This document shows positions 47,311 through 56,696 of a stretch of 64,000 nt of DNA, in pieces. Each line of letters begins with the position of its first letter. Within the stretch, counting starts at the first letter, position 1. The DNA comes from Calditrichaceae bacterium. Its GTDB lineage: Bacteria; Calditrichota; Calditrichia; Calditrichales; JBFXGD01. The notes below the pieces were generated by a model. That model searched no databases. It saw only the letters and a list, made by a program, of their open reading frames with translations, and was not told the DNA's origin. The translations under genes and the position numbers were made by a program. The DNA lies in contig JBFXLE010000012.1 in assembly GCA_050173015.1 (NCBI GenBank), positions 40,745-104,744 of the forward strand, read 5' to 3'.

Positions 47311-47934
47311 TTATTTATTATGACAGGTCAGACACAAGGCGCTCGACGAATTGGATATGATGAGCAACTTGCTGAATCCCTGGCTGTTATGTACATCATG
47401 ACAGGAGGCGCACTGCACTTTACCGCCGATTAACATGTCATTGCTAATGGTGCCGCCCATGCCTGAATTCGCGGTGGTCGGATCGTATAATCCGCCGTCT
47501 GAGTTTGCCAGCGCCGCGTCATAAGTAAAAGAAACCGGGTGATCATCACTAAGATCTGTTCCCACAAGGCTGTTTCCGGTAATAAAATGGCTTCCGCCTG
47601 TTTGGCCGCCGTAATTGTCAACGGCTATGGTGCCGTCATGACAGCTCATACAGAGTTTTGATGAAGCATCCGGTTGGCCCACAGTGGCGTTCATGGACGC
47701 GCTGCTGTAAGGAGTAAATGTGGCGGAGGTCATCTCATGATTCCATAACGGGGCATCGCTGACGGATACATCGGCATTGTGAGTAGTATGGCAGACGATG
47801 CAAATCTGGTCGCTGGTATTCCAGGCCGCGGATGAAAAATCGTGGGCGGATCCGACAATGGACTGCGCCAACGCGGTGCCGCTGAGCACCAGGGTAAAAG
47901 TTACAGCAAAGCAAAAACCTAATAATCGTTTCAT
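47311..47934 (-). CDS. Tetraheme cytochrome c, OmcE-like
   Basis: Signal peptide (ALA-Q) from ATG 47934; SIVGSAHDFS, DQICIVCHTTHNA, PLWNH, CMSCHDG, GTDLSDDHPV, CASCHDVHN, LCLTCHNK. Confidence 0.85.
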   Translation of the reverse strand: MKRLLGFCFAVTFTLVLSGTALAQSIVGSAHDFSSAAWNTSDQICIVCHTTHNADVSVSDAPLWNHEMTSATFTPYSSASMNATVGQPDASSKLCMSCHDGTIAVDNYGGQTGGSHFITGNSLVGTDLSDDHPVSFTYDAALANSDGGLYDPTTANSGMGGTISNDMLIGGKVQCASCHDVHNSQGFSKLLIISNSSSALCLTCHNK

Positions 47935-47984
47935 GACTGTTCCTTTCAATTGTTTTATTGCCCTAAAATGTGAAAATCTTCCTG

Positions 47985-49679
47985 CTAATAAGTTTTTGGA
48001 TCATGATCTTCTCCGTGACATACTAAATAACATGACCCTCTGGAGGATCCCTGATCAATAAACTCCAGTCTTGTACCGGAGGGGAATACAACGGAAACAT
48101 CAAAATTAATAAGATGTGTGTTATTGGTCGCATTTCCCTGTAAACTGCTTATTCCATGCGGATCGTGACATACGTTGCAGGGGGTATCTTCAGCAACGAT
48201 ATGCCTCCAGTGTACTTTTCTCGCAAAACTGCCGCTGCTGTTGATGATTGTATTTCGGTTGTGGCATTCATAGCATAAGCGGTAATTGTCATAAGATTCG
48301 GTTGTATAATCCGCGGTAACATACTGATATTTTAATATCTGCGGGTATATGGATCCGTGAGGTCCCGCCGGCGCGCCCGTTCCGTCGCTGGCATGACAAT
48401 GGGTGCAGTAAATTATGCTTGATGCTGTGTAAGGTGATATCATCGACAAGACATTTGGATTTTTGCCGACTGCCTCAATCGGGTGGTATGAAGGGTTAGC
48501 CGGATCATATTCAAGACGCGTGTTGGATTGTTCAATCAATCTGATAGTCGGGCTGCCGGGTTTATCGGGACTGTCGGCATGGCATTTATAACACAACTCA
48601 TACTGGTATTGTACCGTTTCGACCGCTGTTCCGTTTGTATTCAATCCGCTTGTGCCGGCAATGAATCCATTGGCGTTTGGCGCGGTGGCTGCTGAGAGTT
48701 TGCTGGAGTGTGGATTATGACAATCTTCGCACTCAACATGTCTGTTCTGGACAGGAATATTTTCTTCCGGATCATGGACACCGGCATAATTGTAAACATC
48801 ATGAATATACGGTTTGGTTGTGATAATTGTCTGAATGTTTTTAGCGGCGACATTTCCGTTATGGCAGTCCAGACAGTTATTCTCTTCCGTGAGTGAATTC
48901 AGCAGACGATCATGACTCTCTGAGTTATGAGGATTATGACAGTTTTCACAGCCGTTTTCCGCCACATTCGCGTAGGGGGTGTGAAACCAGGGATCATTTC
49001 CGGAGCCGTTCCACGTCGCGATTGAATTTTTATGCGATGAATTGACCCAGTCATTTTTCTGATGGCAATAGAGACAAAGATCAGAGTTTTGGTTGGTGGC
49101 GACCAGAAACTGTCCGTATAAATCGACATGCGGATCATGGCAGGAAGTGCATTGAACACGCTCGTTTGCAAGTTTAACCGGCCCGGTAAGAACGGCTGGA
49201 TCGCTTAGTTCACCATCAGCCGCCGATAAAGCGGAATTATATAAAAAGGACACCGGGTGATCATCCGATAAATCGGTGGATAAATTTTTATTACCGGATG
49301 GCATCATCGTAATTCCGCCACTGAATTCTATGGGTGCCGGTTTGCTTAAAACATTACCGAGAGCGATGGTGCCGTCATGACAGGAAAGGCATAATAGTGA
49401 AGCGCCGTCCGGCTGCCCTGGGGAGGCCTGTGTGGTAGAACTGCCGTAAATTGTGTAGGTTAATCCCGGATCTTCACGATTCCATAATGGTTTTCTCGGG
49501 CTGCTCTTATGCGGAGTGTGACAAAAAACGCAGATTTCAGATTCGCTGCTGGCCTTAACTGTTCCCGGGCCGGTGACGGATAAATTATGAACTGAATTCA
49601 CAATTGATTGTGAAAGCGCGATAGATGGAATCATTAATAAAAAGGTCCAGGTTTTCAGTAGCTTATTTTTCATCGGCAT
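47985..49679 (-). CDS. Multiheme cytochrome c (11 CXXCH plus CX3CH) with N-terminal OmcE-like module
   Basis: Signal peptide; the first four hemes are collinear with 47311-47934, followed by eight further heme motifs. Confidence 0.88.
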   Translation of the reverse strand: MPMKNKLLKTWTFLLMIPSIALSQSIVNSVHNLSVTGPGTVKASSESEICVFCHTPHKSSPRKPLWNREDPGLTYTIYGSSTTQASPGQPDGASLLCLSCHDGTIALGNVLSKPAPIEFSGGITMMPSGNKNLSTDLSDDHPVSFLYNSALSAADGELSDPAVLTGPVKLANERVQCTSCHDPHVDLYGQFLVATNQNSDLCLYCHQKNDWVNSSHKNSIATWNGSGNDPWFHTPYANVAENGCENCHNPHNSESHDRLLNSLTEENNCLDCHNGNVAAKNIQTIITTKPYIHDVYNYAGVHDPEENIPVQNRHVECEDCHNPHSSKLSAATAPNANGFIAGTSGLNTNGTAVETVQYQYELCYKCHADSPDKPGSPTIRLIEQSNTRLEYDPANPSYHPIEAVGKNPNVLSMISPYTASSIIYCTHCHASDGTGAPAGPHGSIYPQILKYQYVTADYTTESYDNYRLCYECHNRNTIINSSGSFARKVHWRHIVAEDTPCNVCHDPHGISSLQGNATNNTHLINFDVSVVFPSGTRLEFIDQGSSRGSCYLVCHGEDHDPKTY

Positions 49680-50679
49680 CCTTGTATATCAGTTCAAACA
49701 TCTGTATGCGCGCGTTATAGCTGTCGGCTATGTAGATACGATCCTGGTGATCGATATATATTCCCGACGGAAGCCAGAATTCACCCCGGCCCCGGCCCTG
49801 TTTACCAAAATAATGAAGAAAGTTTCCTTCTTTATCAAAAATCTGGACGGTATGGAAAAGCCCGTCCACCACGTAAATTTGTCCATGTGAGTCAGCAGCG
49901 ATTCCTTTCGGGGCTGAAAAATAGCCGCTGGCGTCGCCGGCTTCACCAAAAATATTCACAAGTTCACCTGATTTATTAAAGACCTGAATCCGAAAATTCA
50001 TTGAGTCAACCACATAGACATTACCCTTATCATCGATGGTGAGATAAGTGGGAAAATTAAATTCAGCGGGCCCGGTTCCGCGTTGTCCAATTATTCTCAG
50101 TAGTTTGCCGGACTTATCCAATACAAGGATACGGTGTTTCCCGGTTTCCGTTACCCATATTTCATTTGAAACATTTGAAAAACCGATTCCCGTCGGTCTG
50201 TCAATTTCTAATGAGGGATTTAATAGACCGGTTTTTCCCATTGTAACATTTTGGACATATATTTGATTGGTTTTTGAATCTGTAAGAAGCAGTGAATTTG
50301 AATCAAACCCGGACATACCGATAAGTGACGGAAAGCCGGTTTGTTTTTCCTGATAAAAGTTTTTGACCTGACCGGAATTTTGATCAATAAATGTCAGGGA
50401 TTTAGCGCCCTGATCGAGTACCCAGATGGAATCAGGATCATCCGCGAAAACTGCCACCGGTCTTATTAACGAGTGGAAATCTTTTCCGAAAATAAAATTA
50501 AACATTAACTTCGTAAAACCGGGCTTACTTTTCAAATCATCAGAAGATGCAAACTGTCCGGTCCATTTAACAGCGTGGGAATCGCTTCCGGAAACTACAG
50601 ACTGATTTTCAACTGCCAGGCTCAGCATTGGAAATATGATCAGAATGGTGAATGATACTAACAGGAAATTCCGTTTCAT
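49663..50679 (-). CDS. NHL-repeat beta-propeller exported protein
   Basis: Signal peptide; RPTGI, FNFPT...D..G.VYVVDSMNFRIQVF, F..PKGIA.DS.G.IYVVD, FWLPSGI.ID...IYIADSYN.RIQ. Confidence 0.9.
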   Translation of the reverse strand: MKRNFLLVSFTILIIFPMLSLAVENQSVVSGSDSHAVKWTGQFASSDDLKSKPGFTKLMFNFIFGKDFHSLIRPVAVFADDPDSIWVLDQGAKSLTFIDQNSGQVKNFYQEKQTGFPSLIGMSGFDSNSLLLTDSKTNQIYVQNVTMGKTGLLNPSLEIDRPTGIGFSNVSNEIWVTETGKHRILVLDKSGKLLRIIGQRGTGPAEFNFPTYLTIDDKGNVYVVDSMNFRIQVFNKSGELVNIFGEAGDASGYFSAPKGIAADSHGQIYVVDGLFHTVQIFDKEGNFLHYFGKQGRGRGEFWLPSGIYIDHQDRIYIADSYNARIQMFELIYKDADEK

Positions 50680-51090
50680 CAGGACAAAATCCTTTTAAGT
50701 ACGTTCATGGGTGCCATGTGAAAAAATATACTTATTTAGACCGATTATCAATTTAATCGTAAAAAAGTTAATTCCTAATGTAAGATAATGGTTAAATTCA
50801 GCCCTTGTATGTGCTCTAAATCAATTTCAGATTGTATATAAAAGTATGACACTTATTCAGTGACATGGAAGATATAAAAAAAAATGGCGGTTGAAAATGA
50901 TTTTTTAAAAAACCTATGCAGGACAGTAATGTCAATGAAGTAATTATAACCCGCGCGGAGAATTGACCGGACAAAAACAATATTCACAAAAAAATTATTT
51001 GTTTCGGAAACTATCCTGTCAATTCCCCGGCGTCAGGTTAATGAGATGATTTGGCGGATATGTCTGATCCGGCATGCCCGGGGAATGAAA

Positions 51091-51516
51091 TTATTTCATC
51101 ACCGCTTTTTTAAGCGCGCTGAGATTCTCACGTTCCCGGGCCGCTCTTCCCGCAAAGCTTTCGAGCGCCGTGACTTTCCATTTTAACACGCCCCACGCAG
51201 GGATACCGCGTATTATTTTATCCACTTCGCTGTTGGAGGACGCTTCCACGATAAAGATTAATGCCCGGTCCCCGACCGCAAGGCCGCCGGCGATGATCTT
51301 CTTTTCGGCCTCAAGCGTCATTAATGCGTTAAAAGTCGGCAGTATCCCTTTTTCCAGGACTTGTATACCCTCTTCCGGAGATGTGTAACCGGGGCCATCG
51401 GATCCGACCACCAGGTAAAAATTACTACCGGAACCCGGCATTTTAGGCTGAGCCAATGCGGACACGCTGAATCCAAATACAGCGATTGTAAATATCACCA
51501 TGATTTGCTTCTTCAT
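51091..51516 (-). CDS. Exported small protein, muconolactone-isomerase/YCII-like alpha+beta fold
   Basis: Signal peptide (ALA-Q); GG..VG.RA..FIVEA.S..EV......P.W....W.VT.L. Confidence 0.55.
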   Translation of the reverse strand: MKKQIMVIFTIAVFGFSVSALAQPKMPGSGSNFYLVVGSDGPGYTSPEEGIQVLEKGILPTFNALMTLEAEKKIIAGGLAVGDRALIFIVEASSNSEVDKIIRGIPAWGVLKWKVTALESFAGRAARERENLSALKKAVMK

Positions 51517-51876
51517 GACAATTTCCCCCTCATGAATTAATGATTAGATGAATTAATTAAGTATGAAAAGAACAATAAATTCATTTTAAATCTCAACAGA
51601 TTAGTGTTGCGATTTGAAGCGTGATCAAGTGGGGGGGGATTAAATGTCAGGTCACAACTGTCAGATATCCGTTATAACTGATATTTTCGGTTTTTCATCC
51701 CAATTCTTTATATTCTTCTGAGATTATGATATGGTGGTAGATAAATGTGATGGTGACTCTATTTGAAAAGATGACAAAATTTACACCGCGGAAGGCGGTG
51801 CTGTTGCGTTAAAAAATAATAATTCAAATAGAATAGAAGAAATAATCCCGATCAAAGCTATCCTATTAGAGATCCA

Positions 51877-53985
51877 TCAATCCCTGCGCAGACGGTTAAT
51901 CTGATCCACGTCTCCGAGCACCAGCAGACGGTCTCCGGGCTGAATCTCATAATCAGGAGTCGGTATTGTGCCAGGTCGCCCCGGAATGCCGGCACCTGAA
52001 CCCGTGGGTTTGCGGACCAGTATCACCTCGAGTCCGTAACGGGAGCGGATATCTATTTCACGGATGGTACGCCCGATGAAGCTGTATGGCGGTTCCACTT
52101 CCGCCAGTCTGTATCCATCAGTTAATTCCACCTCACGTTCCTCCTGGACGGCGGTCACCACGCTGTGCATGCCTCCGGCCAGATCCCATTTGAATATTTC
52201 CCGGTTGTAGGCGTCAATAATATCTTTACGTTGTACAGAACCGATCAGTTTTTTTGAATCCCTGCTTTCAATAACGGGTAGTTCATCCACATTATAACGG
52301 CCGAAGGAATGCATCACTAAATCAAGATTGTCATCGGGATAAAGATTTGTCGGCGGGGGATGGGCGATATCAGAAGCGATAACCAATTCAGCCAGATAGG
52401 ATTCATCCTTTAAGAATTCTTTCAATTCAAGGATAGAAATCGTTCCCACCAGCTCCCCTTTTTTGTTAATCACAAAGTACTCCTGGTGCATGCTCCGCAT
52501 CATACACCGGATCAGCTCGTTAAAGGTATCGTTCGCCGGAATGGTTTCAATGTCTTTTTTTAGAACATCCTTTACGGCCAGGCCCCGCAAAATGTTGATA
52601 TCCCGGCCTTCAAATATATTGATTCCCCGCCGCACCAGTTTCATGGTGTAGATGGACTCCTTTTTCAGATAAGTGGCAATAAGCACCGAAATAATACATG
52701 AAACCATCAAAGGGGGAATGATATGATAATCGTTTGTAAGTTCAAAGATAATCAGAATGGCGGTGATGGGAGCATGTGTTGTACCTGCCACTAGCGCGCC
52801 CATGCCGACGAGAGCATACGCGCCGGCGTCGGCTGTGATCGCCGGATACATCAGATGTACTTCTTTCCCGATCAGGCTGCCCAACATGGCGCCGATAAAG
52901 AGAGACGGGGCGAAAATACCACCGGATCCGCCTGAGCCGAGCGTCGCGGAGGTAGCGGCAATTTTTAAAAATATCAACGCTCCCAGCAGAAGACGCACAT
53001 CCCGACCCCATAACGCGTCATTTATCGATTCGTAACCGACACCGTAAACTTGCGGAAAGCCAAGGGCAATGATTCCCACTAACAGGCCGCCGGCCGCTGG
53101 TTTCAGATATCCCGGGATGTTTAATTTCTCGAAAAAATCCTGACTCTTGTAAACCGAATGGATAAACAAAACCGCGATCAATCCCGCCAAAATTCCAAGT
53201 ATGGTATAGGGGATAAATTCGTACGAACTGACAAGGTTGTAAGCTGGAACACGGAACGCGGGAAAGTCGCCGATATAGTGTCGTGAGATAACGGTAGCGA
53301 CGACTGATGAGATGACGATTGGGCTGAACGCCGGCACCGCAAAGTCACCCAGAATAATTTCCACGGCGAATAAGGCTCCGGCGATTGGCGCGTTAAAGGT
53401 CGCGGCGATCCCGGCCGCTGCTCCGCATGCCACAAAAGTGCGGAGACGCCGGGCTGAAACAGCGAGAAACTGTCCAAAAGCGGAACCGATGGCCGAACCG
53501 ATATGCACAATCGGTCCTTCACGGCCCGCCGAGCCACCGGAACCGATCGTAATGGCCGCTGCCAGGGCTTTGGCGATCACAACACGGGGGCGTATACTGC
53601 CGCCGTGAATAGCGACTGACTCCATCACTTCCGGAATGCCGCTGCCTTTCACTTCACGGGCGATAAAATGAACAATGGGGCCGACAATGAGCCCGCCGAG
53701 CACCGGAATGCCCAGTTTCTGCCACCAGCTAAGCCCGCTTACCCAGTCAAGGGAATAAATATCCGTCTGAAAAAAGGCGTGGTGGGTAATTTTAATCAAA
53801 TAGCGGAAGAGAATCGCCCCAAAAGCCCCGAGAATACCGATAGCGATGGCCGTGAGCACCATGAATATATGTTCCGCCCGGCGTAACCGGCCAAACATCC
53901 CTACCAACTGTTTGATAAACCGGTGCCTGAGCCTGATAAGGCGGAGAATGATAATTTTAATAAATCGCCTGAATTCTATGGCCAA
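51877..53985 (-). CDS. CLC chloride channel/antiporter with CBS pair and TrkA-C (RCK_C) domain
   Basis: GSGIPE, GREGP, FNAPIAG, GGIFAP, SIYT; CBS domains; GRTIREIDIRSRYGLEV...I.PGD.L.V.G. Confidence 0.92.
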   Translation of the reverse strand: MAIEFRRFIKIIILRLIRLRHRFIKQLVGMFGRLRRAEHIFMVLTAIAIGILGAFGAILFRYLIKITHHAFFQTDIYSLDWVSGLSWWQKLGIPVLGGLIVGPIVHFIAREVKGSGIPEVMESVAIHGGSIRPRVVIAKALAAAITIGSGGSAGREGPIVHIGSAIGSAFGQFLAVSARRLRTFVACGAAAGIAATFNAPIAGALFAVEIILGDFAVPAFSPIVISSVVATVISRHYIGDFPAFRVPAYNLVSSYEFIPYTILGILAGLIAVLFIHSVYKSQDFFEKLNIPGYLKPAAGGLLVGIIALGFPQVYGVGYESINDALWGRDVRLLLGALIFLKIAATSATLGSGGSGGIFAPSLFIGAMLGSLIGKEVHLMYPAITADAGAYALVGMGALVAGTTHAPITAILIIFELTNDYHIIPPLMVSCIISVLIATYLKKESIYTMKLVRRGINIFEGRDINILRGLAVKDVLKKDIETIPANDTFNELIRCMMRSMHQEYFVINKKGELVGTISILELKEFLKDESYLAELVIASDIAHPPPTNLYPDDNLDLVMHSFGRYNVDELPVIESRDSKKLIGSVQRKDIIDAYNREIFKWDLAGGMHSVVTAVQEEREVELTDGYRLAEVEPPYSFIGRTIREIDIRSRYGLEVILVRKPTGSGAGIPGRPGTIPTPDYEIQPGDRLLVLGDVDQINRLRRD

Positions 53986-54063
53986 TATTCTTCACTCCCG
54001 AAAATGAACGGCATGCGAATGTGTAAGATTACAAAATCCCGGGATTAAAGAAAATGAAAAAAA

Positions 54064-54252
54064 TAAGTAGGAAGTGGGAAGTAGGAAGTAAGAAGTAAGA
54101 AGTAGGAAGTAAGAAATAGGAAGTGAGAAGTAAGAAGTAAGAAGTAAGAAGTAGGAAGTAAGAAGTGGGAAGTAAGAAATAGGAAGTGAGAAGTGGGAAG
54201 TGGGAAGTAGGAAGTAAGAAGTAGGAATTAAGAGATGGGAAGTGGGAAGTAG
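54064..54252 (+). repeat. Tandem heptamer array, 27 units of consensus GAAGTRR
   Basis: 189 bp in unbroken 7-bp register (GAAGTAA, GAAGTAG, GAAGTGG, GAAGTGA, with a few variants). Confidence 0.95.
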
Positions 54253-54272
54253 GGACAAGGCCTGCCTTGTCC
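54249..54272 (+). repeat. GTAG-REP-like palindrome
   Basis: GTAG followed by GGACAAGGC-ct-GCCTTGTCC. Confidence 0.65.
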
Positions 54273-54473
54273 GGGAAGTTTAAGAAAAAAGAAAAATGAT
54301 AAAAGAAAAAAGAGAAGAGATCCTTTGTCTGAAACAGGAATTATAGAGCCTTAAGAGTAGAGACGTCTCAAATTTGCGTGTGGCTGGTCTGGTCTCATAA
54401 TTTATAAGAATTGATCTTTAAATATTCAGGTTCTATTTTATACAATATTTTTCTATAAAATTGGGGAAATTTT

Positions 54474-56246
54474 ATGAAGCATCTGACATTTTTAATAATG
54501 CTTACGGCATCGCTTTTCGCGCAATCTGTCGACTGGAAAACCGATTACGAAAAATCAGGTTTCCTGGAAACGCCCCGTTATGATCAGACCATAGAATATT
54601 GTCAGCGTCTGGCAGATGCTTCACCATGGATTTCATATACATCTTTTGGAATAAGTCCGCAGGGACGGGATCTGCCCCTCCTGATCATTGACCGCAACGG
54701 TAATTTTACCCCGGAAGCGGTTCGCGCCTCAGGAAATGTGGTGGTTTATATTCAGGCGGGAATCCACGCCGGTGAACCCGACGGAAAAGACGCCGGTCTG
54801 ATGCTCGTCCGGGAAATTGCCGTTACAAAAAAACTTGATGATCTGATCGGCCATGTGACCATTCTTTTCAATCCCATCTTCAATGTGGACGGGCATGAGC
54901 GATTTAATGCGTACAATCGGATCAATCAAAACGGTCCGGAGGAGACGGGCTGGCGGGTAACGGCGCAGAATTATAATCTGAACCGCGACTATCTCAAAGC
55001 GGATGCTCCGGAGATGAGGGCGTTTCTGCGATTATACAACCGCTGGCTTCCGGAGTTTTTTGCCGACTGTCATGTGACCGATGGCGCCGATTATCAGTAT
55101 GCCGTCTCCTATAAGTTGGATACCCACGGGATCGCTGATGACGGTCTGATTGACTGGACGGAGAACTACTATCTAAAAAATATCAAACCGGCAATGGAAA
55201 AGAGCGGATTTCCGCTGACCCCTTACGTGGCTTTCCGAAAAGCCCATAATGTGAAAAGCGGTCTGGCGGACTGGGCCTCCCCTCCCCGGTTATCGGACGG
55301 ATATGTGGCGGCCCAAAACCGGATCGGTCTGTTGATCGAAACCCATATGTTTAAAGATTATAAAACACGGGTGACGGCTACTTATGAGCTTTTGAAAAAT
55401 ACGCTTCGGTTGGTCAACAAGGACTATCGCAATTTAAGAACCATCACTGTAAACGCGGACAGCGTAACCTCCCAATGGGAATTCAGGCAGAAGCCTTTTG
55501 CGCTGTCTTATAAATACGCGAAAGACAGTACCATGATCGATTTCAAGGGATTTAAATATACGGTGGAAAAAAGTGATTTGACCGGCGGCGACTGGTACCG
55601 GTATTCCACTGATACGATCACATATAAAATTCCTCATTTCAATAAAATGGAAGAAAATGTGACCGTGATGCTGCCGGATGCTTATATCATTCCGGTTGAA
55701 TGGACAGAAGTGATCGACCGGCTTGAGCTTCATGGAATCAATTACCGGCGATTACAGGAATCTGAGAAAATGACGGTCGAAACCTACCGTTTCTCAAATT
55801 TAAGTTGGGCAAAAAAACCATATGAAAGCCGTTTCCCGCTCAAATTTGATCTTGAACCGGTCAATGAGGAGATGATCTTTCCGGCGGGTTCGGTGGTAAT
55901 CGATATGAATCAGCGGGCGGCAAAAATTGCGGCGAATATCCTGGAGCCGCAGGGAAGAGATTCTTATCTGTACTGGGGTTTCTTTGATTCGATTTTTGAG
56001 CGGAAGGAATATTCGGAGTCCTATGTCATGGAGGAACGGGCCAGGATCATGCTTGCCAGTGATGAGGAACTGAGAAATGAATTCAATTATAAAATAGAGA
56101 CGGATTCGTCCTTTGCCGGTGATACCAATGCCATATTATTCTGGTTTTATCAAAAATCACCCTATTGGGATCAGAGAATTAACCTTTATCCGGTGGGTCG
56201 TATTTTGGATCGCCGGGAGATGGAAAGCATTCAATTTCGTCGATGA
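54474..56246 (+). CDS. Exported M14 zinc carboxypeptidase family protein
   Basis: Signal peptide; G.S.QGR, GIHAGE (HXXE), N.DG, NLNRD, DCH. Confidence 0.88.
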   Translation: MKHLTFLIMLTASLFAQSVDWKTDYEKSGFLETPRYDQTIEYCQRLADASPWISYTSFGISPQGRDLPLLIIDRNGNFTPEAVRASGNVVVYIQAGIHAGEPDGKDAGLMLVREIAVTKKLDDLIGHVTILFNPIFNVDGHERFNAYNRINQNGPEETGWRVTAQNYNLNRDYLKADAPEMRAFLRLYNRWLPEFFADCHVTDGADYQYAVSYKLDTHGIADDGLIDWTENYYLKNIKPAMEKSGFPLTPYVAFRKAHNVKSGLADWASPPRLSDGYVAAQNRIGLLIETHMFKDYKTRVTATYELLKNTLRLVNKDYRNLRTITVNADSVTSQWEFRQKPFALSYKYAKDSTMIDFKGFKYTVEKSDLTGGDWYRYSTDTITYKIPHFNKMEENVTVMLPDAYIIPVEWTEVIDRLELHGINYRRLQESEKMTVETYRFSNLSWAKKPYESRFPLKFDLEPVNEEMIFPAGSVVIDMNQRAAKIAANILEPQGRDSYLYWGFFDSIFERKEYSESYVMEERARIMLASDEELRNEFNYKIETDSSFAGDTNAILFWFYQKSPYWDQRINLYPVGRILDRREMESIQFRR

Positions 56247-56696
56247 CATGGTCTGATAACTTATAAAAGATCTATTAGACATTTATCCGCCCCGGCCGGA
56301 GAAACATGCTATTTAATCAATAAATAGTCCCGCGGCATAACTAAAAAGGACAATAATGAGAATTTTTTATCTTTTCTGTTTGCGTCCTGCTCAAAGGTTG
56401 TGGACTTAATGACAGAGACTTTACCACAATTAAATCAGAGAAGAAAAAACTTAAGGCGGAATTGAATAACCTCAAAATCAAATCCGAACTATTGCCGAAT
56501 GAGACACACTATCCGTTTTCGGTGTTGGTTTCACAAATGGCCTAAGATTTAATTATGCTTATTAGAAAAAGCATCATCAGCCTCTTTAAAATCCGGTAAA
56601 TTTTTTACCCGGGCGGGTTAACCCGTGATGGTATGGGTAAATAACTCCCAATGAAGCTTTGTAAGTTGTAGATAACTAACTTTTTTTGGAAAATTC

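Noticed and set aside
50680-50950. FNR, Rex, Fur or sigma54 sites upstream of the cytochrome operon
   Set aside because: Only half-matches in AT-rich sequence, for example TGGCAC without a correctly spaced TTGC.
54064-54252. Possible CRISPR array
   Set aside because: The period is 7 bp with no unique spacers, and there are no cas genes in the window.
53992-54258. 88-aa ORF rich in LLTSYF
   Set aside because: It is the translation of the heptamer array on its stop-free strand, not a credible protein.
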